Shown here: piece after piece, positions 1 through 8,057 of the stretch | How the letters are laid out: every line of letters starts with the position of its first letter | How positions within the stretch are numbered: the first letter of the stretch is position 1 | NCBI GenBank assembly: GCA_050049995.1 | Contig: JASFVE010000049.1 | Span: forward strand, 1-14,083 | Source of the DNA: Chlamydiota bacterium | GTDB lineage: Bacteria > Chlamydiota > Chlamydiia > Chlamydiales > SM23-39 | Direction of reading: 5' to 3' | DNA length: 14,083 nucleotides | Notes under the pieces: model-generated | Databases searched by the model: none | What the model was told of the DNA's origin: nothing | The model's input: the letters and a program-made list of their open reading frames with translations, nothing else | Program-made: the position numbers and the translations under genes

Positions 1-1309
1 TCGCTTTAAAATCTTGTACCGCTTCTATTTTTTCTGTAGATGCAACAATCCCTTTAGCAATGGGATGTTCGGAGTGAGCTTCTACAGCTGCTGCAAAGCT
101 AAGAACCTCATCTTCACCTCCTTCTAAAGCAATAGTGTCAGTAACGCCGAACTTTCCTTCCGTAAGGGTTCCTGTCTTATCAAAAACAATGGCAGTAATT
201 TTCCTTGATTCTTCAAAAGATGACCTGTTACGAATAAGCAAGCCTTTTCCAGCAGCTATTGCAGTGGAAACTGCAACAACTAAAGGGACAGCGAGGCCAA
301 GGGCATGAGGGCAAGTAATGACCATTACAGTGACAGCTCTTTCCATAGCAAAGGAAAATGGCTGCTGAGTAAAGAATATCCAAACAAGTAAGGTTAAAAC
401 TCCACCAGACAATGCTACTATTGTAAGCCATAAAGCAGCACGGTTAGCAAGATTTTGAGCTTTAGATTTACTACTTTGCGCCTCTTTAACAAGATCAATT
501 ACTTGCGATAGGTAAGAATCTTTGCCGATTTTTTTGACTTGTATGGTAATTGCCCCCTCTCCATTAATAGATCCACCAATAGCCCTATCGCCTGCAGATT
601 TTTTAATAGGCTTAGACTCACCTGTGAGCATAGATTCATTAATGCTAGACTCACCTTCTATGATTTCACCATCTGCCGGAATTTTCTCACCAGGTTTTAT
701 AAGAACTTTGTCCTCTAACTGAAGTTCAGCTATAGGTACATCCTGGATACTTTTGTCGGGCATAATTTTATGAGCGATTGATGGCATTAACTTGGCAAGC
801 TCTTCTAAAGCTTTCCCAGCGCCCATAATAGATTTCATCTCAATCCAATGCCCTAAAAGCATGATGTCGATTAATGTAGCAAGCTCCCAAAAGAATAATT
901 TACCTTTTAGCCCGAAAACTATGAAAGAGCTATAGAGGTAAGCTACTAGAATAGCTACCCCAATTAAAGTCATCATCCCAGGAGTTTTTGCTTTTAATTC
1001 TTGAAAAAGCCCTTTGATAAAAGGCCATCCTCCATAAAAAAACACACCAGAAGAAAAAGCAAATAGCAAATATGCATCTCCTGAAAAATGCAGAAAATCA
1101 GTTACTCCCAAAAAGGACTGGATCATCGGAGATAAGATTAAAATGGGAATGGTGAGGACAAGAGAAATCCAAAACCTTCGCTTAAAATCATATACCATAT
1201 GTTCATGATGCCCTTTATGAGCTCCCTTGTGATCAACATGAGCGCCACAAAGGCATTCTTCACAGCTACACTGAAAAGTATTACATGATTTTTTTGGCTC
1301 CTCTTTCAA
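1..1309 (-). CDS. copB: Heavy-metal (copper) translocating P1B-type ATPase, CopB-like (P1B-3); 3' end runs off the window
   Basis: Manual minus-strand translation (absent from the ORF track because the stop lies outside the window): TTG at 1309 after AAGGGA, then MKEEPKKSCNTFQCSCEECLCGAHVDHKGAHKGHHEHMVYDFKRRFWISL... PGMMTLI ... FFWELATLIDIMLLGHWIEM ... KPGEKIPADG ... ESMLTGES. TM motif ITCPHALGLA (CPH at 305-313) and phosphorylation motif DKTGT (167-181) are in the same frame. CPH plus a His-rich N-terminus is the established P1B-3 signature. An alternative in-frame TTG is at 1327. Confidence 0.93.
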   Translation of the reverse strand, partial: MKEEPKKSCNTFQCSCEECLCGAHVDHKGAHKGHHEHMVYDFKRRFWISLVLTIPILILSPMIQSFLGVTDFLHFSGDAYLLFAFSSGVFFYGGWPFIKGLFQELKAKTPGMMTLIGVAILVAYLYSSFIVFGLKGKLFFWELATLIDIMLLGHWIEMKSIMGAGKALEELAKLMPSIAHKIMPDKSIQDVPIAELQLEDKVLIKPGEKIPADGEIIEGESSINESMLTGESKPIKKSAGDRAIGGSINGEGAITIQVKKIGKDSYLSQVIDLVKEAQSSKSKAQNLANRAALWLTIVALSGGVLTLLVWIFFTQQPFSFAMERAVTVMVITCPHALGLAVPLVVAVSTAIAAGKGLLIRNRSSFEESRKITAIVFDKTGTLTEGKFGVTDTIALEGGEDEVLSFAAAVEAHSEHPIAKGIVASTEKIEAVQDFKA

Positions 1310-1363
1310 AGTTATCCCTTCAAACAATGAATATAATTTCTATTTAACAACTTCCCTTCTTCT

Positions 1364-1396
1364 TGCAAAGATTTTTACAGTATAAAAATATTTGCA
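1364..1396. promoter_or_regulatory. Imperfect 33-bp palindrome in the divergent copB/tauE promoter region (candidate operator)
   Basis: TGCAAAGATTTTTA-CAGTA-TAAAAATATTTGCA; arms match at 13/14. It overlaps a minus-strand TATACT (-10-like, 1379-1384). Confidence 0.5.
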
Positions 1397-1414
1397 TGAG
1401 CTATTGAAATAATT

Positions 1415-2176
1415 ATGTATATACTTGTTATTCTCAGTTCCTTACTTGCCTCTTTAGTTACTTTTTATTCTGGATTTGGGCTTGGAACGATCCTTATGGC
1501 AGTATTGGCTATTTTCTTTCCCTTACCGCAAGCAATTATTATTACCGCTATAGTCCACTTAATTAATAGCGGATTAAAAAGCTCTCTTCTTTTTAAATCG
1601 ATACATTGGAATATTGCACTAAAGTTTGGCTCTATTGCGCTCATCGCCGCCATACCAGGCGCTTTGCTTTTTAAGAAACTGTCTTTCCTTCCAACTATCC
1701 AAGACTATTCCTTACTTGGAATTACAGCTAAAGTGACCGCCTTAAAAATTACTATAGGGTCTCTATTGATTCTAATTGCGGGTGCTAGCCTTTTTCACAA
1801 AAAGCAGTTGCCCTCTCAAAGTGTAGTTGTAAGTGGAATTATCAGCGGATTTCTAGGTGGTCTTTCCGGAAACCAAGGAGCATTTCGCTCTATTTTTCTT
1901 ATCAGAATAGAGAGTGATAAAAAGCGCTTTATAGCAACGAGCTCCATTATTTCAGTTGCCATTGATTTGACCCGTCTTGTCATTTATCTATTTGGCTTTG
2001 CTTATTTTTTTAAAAAAATAAACATCACCTTACTTGTATCTTCTCTATGCGGTGCTATTATAGGCATTATCATAGGAATGTTACTTTTAAAAAGTATCAC
2101 GATACAAGTTATTCAATTAGTTATTGTTATTCTTTTATTTTTATTTGGGTCTTTGATGATTGCCGGATTTATCTAA
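1415..2176 (+). CDS. Sulfite exporter TauE/SafE (TSUP) family membrane transporter
   Basis: 253 aa, highly hydrophobic with about 8 predicted TM segments. N-terminal SGFGLGTILM motif and second-half GFLGGLSGNQGAFR motif give the two-repeat TSUP pattern. Confidence 0.82.
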   Translation: MYILVILSSLLASLVTFYSGFGLGTILMAVLAIFFPLPQAIIITAIVHLINSGLKSSLLFKSIHWNIALKFGSIALIAAIPGALLFKKLSFLPTIQDYSLLGITAKVTALKITIGSLLILIAGASLFHKKQLPSQSVVVSGIISGFLGGLSGNQGAFRSIFLIRIESDKKRFIATSSIISVAIDLTRLVIYLFGFAYFFKKINITLLVSSLCGAIIGIIIGMLLLKSITIQVIQLVIVILLFLFGSLMIAGFI

Positions 2177-2200
2177 ATGAGGTCAATTGACATCCATTTA
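2174..2200. promoter_or_regulatory. Inverted repeat overlapping a consensus -35 (TTGACA, 2187-2192)
   Basis: TAAATG-AG-GTCAATTGAC-ATC-CATTTA: perfect 10-bp core palindrome at 2182-2191 plus TAAATG/CATTTA outer arms. The downstream -10 candidate (TAAGTC, 2210-2215) is weak. Confidence 0.45.
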
Positions 2201-2237
2201 ATTATCTGTTAAGTCCAAAAAAAAGGATGTAAAAAAA

Positions 2238-2387
2238 ATGATAAGAAAGCTTCCTTCAGGAAAGTATCGACTATACTCTCAAAAAAAAGATCCTAAAACT
2301 GGTAAAAGAAGAAATCTAGGAACTTTTAATACCCGTAAAGCTGCTGAAAAGCACGAGAGAGAAATTCATTTCTTTAAAAAACATTAA
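2238..2387 (+). CDS. Small basic protein (49 aa), AP2/integrase-arm-like DNA-binding motif
   Basis: MIRKLPSGKYRLYSQKKDPKTGKRRNLGTFNTRKAAEKHEREIHFFKKH*. ATG 2238, TAA 2385-2387, AAAGGA upstream. It fills the gap between tauE and the SDR gene (9 bp from the next ATG) and is below the ORF-track length cutoff. I recall similar conserved hypothetical sequences in other bacteria (unverified). Confidence 0.85.
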   Translation: MIRKLPSGKYRLYSQKKDPKTGKRRNLGTFNTRKAAEKHEREIHFFKKH

Positions 2388-2396
2388 AAAGAATTT

Positions 2397-3470
2397 ATGG
2401 CTGAAGAACAAAAAGGAGTAATCCTTATTACAGGTTGCACAGGAAGAATTGGCTTTCGATGTGCAGAGAGGTTTGCTGAAGAGTTTAAAATTATAGGCAT
2501 TGACGTATATCTTGTAGGTCACTTGCCTGGCATTGAACTCATCGGCATAGATTTAGCCTCTAAAAAAAACATCGAAGAAAACTTAGATATCATTTTAGAG
2601 CGTTTTGGCAACAGAATACTTTCTGTAATCCATCTGGCCGCTTACTATAATTTTTCTAAAGGGCATTGGGATAAATATCAAAGCATAACGATTGATGGCA
2701 CAAGAAAATTTCTGGAAGGATTGCTAAAACGTTTCGAGGTTGAGCAATTTATTTTTTCTAGTTCCATGTTAGTACATGCTCCTAGTAAAAAAGGAGAAAA
2801 AACCAATGAAGAATCCCCTCTTGAACCTAAGTGGAACTACCCTAAATCCAAGGTAATTACAGAGAAGCTGATTAAGGATCTTTGTAAAGATATTCCACAT
2901 GTTATCTTACGAATAGCTGGAGTGTATGATGATATGTGCCATTCCATTCCTCTAGCCCGTCAAACACAACGAATTTATGAAGATCAATTGGAAGGACACT
3001 TTTTTCCAGGAGACTTGGCACATGGGTCTGCTTTTGTCCACTTAGATGATTTAGTAGATGCAATATATAGCATCATTCAAAAAAGAAAAGAGCTTCCTAA
3101 AGAATTAACAATGCTTATCGGAGAGCCTACTACTTTAAGCTATGATGAGGTGCAAAAAGCAATTTCTCAAGCGCTGGGAAAAGAATGGAAGACTTACCGT
3201 ATCCCCAAATTCCTAGCTAAAATAGGAGCTTGGTGTAAACAGCACCTTCCTTTTCTTAAAAAAGGTTTTATTGAACCCTGGATGATTTCGATTGCTGATG
3301 ATCATTATGAATTAGATATTTCTAAGGCAAAAGAGCTTCTTAATTGGGAACCAAAACGAACATTGAAAGAAACTATCCCTAAATGGATAGATTTTTTAAA
3401 AGAAGAGCCCATTGTATGGTATGATAAAAATAAGCTTAAACATCCTTCCAAAATGAAAGATGATGAATAG
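2397..3470 (+). CDS. NAD(P)-dependent epimerase/dehydratase (extended SDR family)
   Basis: Rossmann motif ILITGCTGRIG, VIHLAAYY, FIFSSS catalytic Ser region, and YPKSK (YxxxK). Confidence 0.92.
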   Translation: MAEEQKGVILITGCTGRIGFRCAERFAEEFKIIGIDVYLVGHLPGIELIGIDLASKKNIEENLDIILERFGNRILSVIHLAAYYNFSKGHWDKYQSITIDGTRKFLEGLLKRFEVEQFIFSSSMLVHAPSKKGEKTNEESPLEPKWNYPKSKVITEKLIKDLCKDIPHVILRIAGVYDDMCHSIPLARQTQRIYEDQLEGHFFPGDLAHGSAFVHLDDLVDAIYSIIQKRKELPKELTMLIGEPTTLSYDEVQKAISQALGKEWKTYRIPKFLAKIGAWCKQHLPFLKKGFIEPWMISIADDHYELDISKAKELLNWEPKRTLKETIPKWIDFLKEEPIVWYDKNKLKHPSKMKDDE

Positions 3471-4314
3471 AAAAGAGCTTTCGCTGATTATTATTGCTAT
3501 TGGTTTTTGGCTAATAGCTACAGCTGTTACCTATAATTTTCAAGATGATGTTTTTTATAATGATATTTGGTCTGCCGGCATTCTTATAGGACTGGGCTTC
3601 CTTTCCTTTTTAAAACCATCTTCTTTGTATTTTATCCCTTTTTTTCTGCTAGGAATGTGGCTCCATGTTTCCCCTCTTGTATTCTGGTACCCTACAAGCG
3701 GAACTTATCTTAACGACACTCTTATTGGATCGATTGTGACCATTCTTGCTTTTCTTTTTTTAGAAAAAAAGAGTACTTCACAAAATATAATTCCTGAAGG
3801 CTGGACTTATGCCCCCTCTTCCTGGACTCATAGAGTTCCTATTATTTTTTTAGCAATGACCTGCTGGTTTTTGGCTCGTTATTTGGACACCTATCAACTG
3901 GGATATATCTTCACAGTTTGGGATCCTTTCTTTGGAGACGGGACAGCTAAAGTGCTCACTTCAAAAGTATCTAAAGCATTTCCCCTTCCAGATGCTGGGC
4001 TCGGAGCATTCGCTTACTTCTTAGAAGCACTACTTGCCTGGCAAGGAGGTGTTGATAGATGGAAAAGCAAGCCTTGGGTTGTGCTTTCTTTTGGTGTTCT
4101 AGCGATCCCCGTTGGTATCACTAGTATCATACTTATCCTCTTGCAGCCATTAGTCGTTGAGAGTTGGTGTTTTATATGTCTTCTTATTGCTTGTATGATG
4201 ATTCTTATTGTTCTTTTGTCAGTAAAAGAAGTAATAGCTACTTTGCAATGCATCAAAAAAGAACATAAGAAAAAGCATTCTATTTGGAAATTTATTATCT
4301 TTGGTAAGGAGTAA
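3460..4314 (+). CDS. Vitamin K epoxide reductase (VKOR) family membrane protein with N-terminal SPW-repeat-like hairpins
   Basis: WCFICL CxxC at 4168-4179 at the start of a TM helix. VLTSKVSKAFPLPDAGLG resembles the VKOR V-x-x-S-x-x-S...P cap segment. N-terminal GFWLIA and GMWLHVSPLVF are SPW-like. Overlaps the SDR gene by 11 bp. Confidence 0.8.
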   Translation: MMNRKELSLIIIAIGFWLIATAVTYNFQDDVFYNDIWSAGILIGLGFLSFLKPSSLYFIPFFLLGMWLHVSPLVFWYPTSGTYLNDTLIGSIVTILAFLFLEKKSTSQNIIPEGWTYAPSSWTHRVPIIFLAMTCWFLARYLDTYQLGYIFTVWDPFFGDGTAKVLTSKVSKAFPLPDAGLGAFAYFLEALLAWQGGVDRWKSKPWVVLSFGVLAIPVGITSIILILLQPLVVESWCFICLLIACMMILIVLLSVKEVIATLQCIKKEHKKKHSIWKFIIFGKE

Positions 4315-4316
4315 CC

Positions 4317-5786
4317 TTAACTTTCGGAGGAAAAATCGACTTCCCAGCCTCCTCCTAAAGCTTTATAAAGAGTAATGAGATCAACCAGTGTTGTGATGTT
4401 AGTATCCAAATAAGACTGCTCTGCCTCATTGAGCTTTCTTTTAGTATCTATCAAATCAAGTCGATTTGTAAGCCCTTTAGCATTTCTCTCACGACTGAGA
4501 AAAACTAATTTTTGGTATCTATCTGTTGCATGTTTTTTTTCTTTAGCCGTTTCCAAATCTTGGGTATAGGATACAATGATACTTTCTGTCTCTTCTAAGG
4601 CCTGTAAAACAGTTTGCTGATAAGAATGGGCCGCTGCTGCTGTCTCTGCTTTTTTAGCTTGTAAGTTTCCAATTAGCTTTCCGCCCTGAAAAATAGGCAT
4701 GTTGATATCTCCGCCAAATGCCCAGGTTCTACTACCAAGTGAAAAAAGATTTTTTAACATGAGAGACTGCAAACCTGCTGCGCCAAAAAGGGTAAAAGTT
4801 GGAAAAAAAGAAGCTACTGCTACTCCAATATTTGCTGTTGCTGCTGCAAGGTCTCTTTCTGACTTGCGAATATCTGGTCTTCTTCTTAGCAAGTCAGATC
4901 GAAGCCCCACAGCTATCTCTTCAGGAACTTTGGGCAAAGGTTTAAATATAAGAAGCTCATCCACCAAGCTTTCAGGAACTTCTCCGATTAAAATAGAAAT
5001 AGTGTAAATGTTTTTGTAAATTTTTGCTTTTATGTCTGGCAATAAGGCTCGCTCAGTAGCTAGCGTCGCTAAAATATCTTCATCATCCAACAGGTTGGTA
5101 TAACCGGCTTCAAATTGTTTCCGCACAAGACAAGATTTTTGCTCTAAAAGAGAAATATTTTCCTCGATAAGTCTAGCCTTCTCTTGATACCCCCTAAGCT
5201 CCATATAATTGCGGGCTAGCTCTGCCATTACAGAAATTAACGTATCATTTGTCTCTTCAATAGCACTTCCAATAAGTGCGTTGGCAGCTTCCACTTTTCT
5301 TCTTGTTTTTCCAAATAGATCAATTTCCCAAGAAGCGTCGAAAAGGATGTTATATAAGTTTTGTGTTTGTGGAGCTTGCAGTGCAAAAGGAAGCCCCGGC
5401 GTGCCTGTGACAGCTCCATCCCCCAGTCCAATATCAAAAATAGGACCATTTTTACTGAAATAGGTTCTCGTTGCATTCACGTCAGCATTAATCTGTGGGA
5501 AAAAAGAAGAAGCTTCTACTTTACGAAGCGCCCTTGCCTGTAAAATTCGAGATATGGCTGTCAGCACATCGTTGTTATTTTCTGCTGCTAGAGCAATATA
5601 TTTATCTAACAGTGGGTCTTCAAATACTTCCCACCACTTTGTTGTTATGGGACTAGTAGAGGTAGCATTACTGACATCATTAGAGGCCCAAGTATCTGCT
5701 ACATTATTTTCCGGAGGCTTATAATTAGGCCCTACCATACAGCTAGAGAAAAAAAAGGCTACTATTAAGCATGGATATTTTTTCAC
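4317..5786 (-). CDS. Outer-membrane efflux factor lipoprotein (NodT/OprM/TolC family)
   Basis: Likely start is GTG at 5786 (GGAGGA upstream; GTGA overlap with the previous stop), giving MKKYPCLIVAFFFSSCMVGPNYKPP with lipobox FSSC. OMF motifs WWEVFEDPLL, ASWEIDLFG, LLRRRPDI and LYKALGGGW are present. Confidence 0.93.
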   Translation of the reverse strand: MKKYPCLIVAFFFSSCMVGPNYKPPENNVADTWASNDVSNATSTSPITTKWWEVFEDPLLDKYIALAAENNNDVLTAISRILQARALRKVEASSFFPQINADVNATRTYFSKNGPIFDIGLGDGAVTGTPGLPFALQAPQTQNLYNILFDASWEIDLFGKTRRKVEAANALIGSAIEETNDTLISVMAELARNYMELRGYQEKARLIEENISLLEQKSCLVRKQFEAGYTNLLDDEDILATLATERALLPDIKAKIYKNIYTISILIGEVPESLVDELLIFKPLPKVPEEIAVGLRSDLLRRRPDIRKSERDLAAATANIGVAVASFFPTFTLFGAAGLQSLMLKNLFSLGSRTWAFGGDINMPIFQGGKLIGNLQAKKAETAAAAHSYQQTVLQALEETESIIVSYTQDLETAKEKKHATDRYQKLVFLSRERNAKGLTNRLDLIDTKRKLNEAEQSYLDTNITTLVDLITLYKALGGGWEVDFSSES

Positions 5787-6889
5787 TGTATCCTCCTCCG
5801 GAAAAAGCGACCTGCTCCTACAAGGTTTATAAAACTGATAATGAGAAGTGGCCAAATATTTTCAAAAACAATTCTTGCTGGCATTGCCTTTAGGAATAGT
5901 CCTTTGGAAATAATTAACATATATCTCAAAGGGATAATATAAGTAACCGGCTGCAGCCATGTAGGCATGTTTTCAATGGGCGTCGCATAACCAGAAAGAA
6001 GGACCGCCGGCAACATAAAAATAAATGTTCCTAGCATAGCCTGCTGCTGCGTTGCTGAAAGAGAAGAGATAAAAAGGCCAACCCCACTAATAGAACTTAC
6101 AAAAATGAAAAGACTAAAAAAGTACATCAAAATAGACCCTGTAAAAGGAACACCTAAAATAAGGGTTCCAGCAACAAGCATTACCGTACCTTCAAACATC
6201 CCTACAATAATTCCCGGAATGGTCTTTCCTACTAAAATTTCTAAAGGAACAAGCGGTGAGACAAGAAGCTGATCAAAAGTGCCTAGCTCTCTTTCCCTTG
6301 CCACCGACTGCGTTGTCACAACAAGACAGGTAAGCATAGATAAAATAGCGACAAGACAAGGTATATTATACCAATAATATAATCTGTTAGGATTAAACCA
6401 CGTCCTAGGCACTAGCTGAGTATTTTGAATCGTCTCATTTAAGTTAAATAAATATTCTCGATTGTATTGATTAACAATTTCTCCTGTATATCCAGCTACG
6501 ATTTGCGCGGTATTGGTTTTTCTCCCATCAAAAATAAGCTGTACTGATGCTGGTTTTCCCGCATCAAGATTACGAGAAAACTGCTCATCAATCGAAAGAA
6601 CCATCAATCCTTTTTGCCGATCAATAAACGGACCTATTTCTTCTACCCCTCTAAGGAAGTGAACTGGATTAAATATCTCAATACCAAAAAATCTTTCTAC
6701 AAGTTTAAAGCCATGCTCTCCATTGTCTCGGTTAAGAATGCCGATAGGTACATTTTTTACATCTAAGGTAGCTGCAAAAGTAAAGATGAACAACTGTATA
6801 AGTGGCGGAACTAAAATTGCAATACGCACCTTGCGATCATACAAAACTGTTAGAAGTTCTTTCCAAATAAGAGCTAGTATTCTTTTCAA
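5783..6889 (-). CDS. ybhR: ABC-2 type transporter permease, YbhR-like
   Basis: LIWKELL, PPLIQLFIF, VARERELGTFDQLLVSP, LLSGYATPIENMP. TTG start overlapping the upstream TGA; position in a ybhGFSR-like operon. Confidence 0.88.
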   Translation of the reverse strand: MKRILALIWKELLTVLYDRKVRIAILVPPLIQLFIFTFAATLDVKNVPIGILNRDNGEHGFKLVERFFGIEIFNPVHFLRGVEEIGPFIDRQKGLMVLSIDEQFSRNLDAGKPASVQLIFDGRKTNTAQIVAGYTGEIVNQYNREYLFNLNETIQNTQLVPRTWFNPNRLYYWYNIPCLVAILSMLTCLVVTTQSVARERELGTFDQLLVSPLVPLEILVGKTIPGIIVGMFEGTVMLVAGTLILGVPFTGSILMYFFSLFIFVSSISGVGLFISSLSATQQQAMLGTFIFMLPAVLLSGYATPIENMPTWLQPVTYIIPLRYMLIISKGLFLKAMPARIVFENIWPLLIISFINLVGAGRFFRRRIQ

Positions 6890-8052
6890 TCCAACCTCTT
6901 AACAGTTTTAAATGATGTAATTACAAAAAAGAGGATTCCAAACGCCACAATAGGAATCATATCCAAAAACAATAGACTCCAGACATTTCCTACTAAAAAA
7001 AGGCTCTGCAGACTTTGCACAAAATATTTTGCCGGAATGATGTAGGTAATCACTTGAATCCACTTGGGCATGCTGTGAATATCAAAAAGAAATCCCGATA
7101 AAATATAAGCAGGCAAAAAAGCAACAATAAGAGTAATTTGATAGGCAAAGACCTGATTTTTTGTAAGAGTAGAAATCATTAGGCCAATGCCTAAAGAACA
7201 AAATAAAAAAAGAGCCGAAACAAAAGCAAGCATAAGAAATGAGCCTCGATGCGGCAGGCCATAAAAAACGACAGAAATTAAAACACAAATAGCCATGGAA
7301 ATCATTCCAAGAACAAAATAGGGAATCATCTTAGCAATCACGAGCTCTTTAATGCCTACTGTTGTCGACATAAGAGCTTCCATAGTTCCCCTTTCCCATT
7401 CTCTTGCCACAACGAGTGCTGTTAAAAGAGCTCCTATTAAGGTCATAATGATGGCAAGTGACCCAGAAAGAAGAAAAAAGCGACTTTCTAGTTGTTCATT
7501 ATACCAATATCTTGGTTGCGTATTTATAATAGGATATTCCTCTGGGATACCCGTTATATGAGCCTCTTGTGCAATCCAACTTTGAAAAGCTCCTGCTGCG
7601 TAATTTAGCACGAAATTGGCTGTATTTGTTTCACTACCATCTGCAATTACCTGAATAGGAGCAATTTTATCTGGCCTATTTCTGAACTGGGTAAAATAGG
7701 AAGGGACAACAATCATTCCTCGAATGGTTCCCCTTGTAATATCATCTATAAGTTCTCTTCTGTCTCTCGCTATTTTTGCATCAAAATAACGAGAGCCTGT
7801 TACTGATGCAGCAAAACTTTGTACATCGGGAGAAGTATCTTCTAAAACAAGACCCATTCTTAAATGATCTAAATCCAGTGACACTCCTGACCCATACAAA
7901 AAAATGAGAAGTAAAGGTAAAAACACAGTGATAGAAAGGCTACTTGGATCACGCATAATTTGTAGAAACTCTTTGATAATAAGAGCTGTTATTCGACGAG
8001 TTTTACCTTTCCTATTTTCCTGCACTTGATGATTGGTGGGTTTATTTTCCAT
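6886..8052 (-). CDS. ybhS: ABC-2 type transporter permease, YbhS-like
   Basis: KEFLQIMRDPSS, ADGSETNTA, VAREWERGTMEALMST, LSGFLFDIHSMP. Confidence 0.9.
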   Translation of the reverse strand: MENKPTNHQVQENRKGKTRRITALIIKEFLQIMRDPSSLSITVFLPLLLIFLYGSGVSLDLDHLRMGLVLEDTSPDVQSFAASVTGSRYFDAKIARDRRELIDDITRGTIRGMIVVPSYFTQFRNRPDKIAPIQVIADGSETNTANFVLNYAAGAFQSWIAQEAHITGIPEEYPIINTQPRYWYNEQLESRFFLLSGSLAIIMTLIGALLTALVVAREWERGTMEALMSTTVGIKELVIAKMIPYFVLGMISMAICVLISVVFYGLPHRGSFLMLAFVSALFLFCSLGIGLMISTLTKNQVFAYQITLIVAFLPAYILSGFLFDIHSMPKWIQVITYIIPAKYFVQSLQSLFLVGNVWSLLFLDMIPIVAFGILFFVITSFKTVKRLD

Positions 8053-8057
8053 TTAGC

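Noticed and set aside
228..722. ORFs 228-431 (-) and 522-722 (+)
   Set aside because: Alternate-frame or antisense shadows of the CopB gene, which has clear motifs.
1465..4256. Minus-strand ORFs 1465-1653, 2316-2522 and 4014-4256
   Set aside because: Antisense to well-supported genes; no motifs.
5787..5855. ATG start at 5855 for the OMF
   Set aside because: It would overlap the permease by 73 bp and bury the lipoprotein signal. GTG at 5786 has a strong SD and a typical 4-bp overlap.
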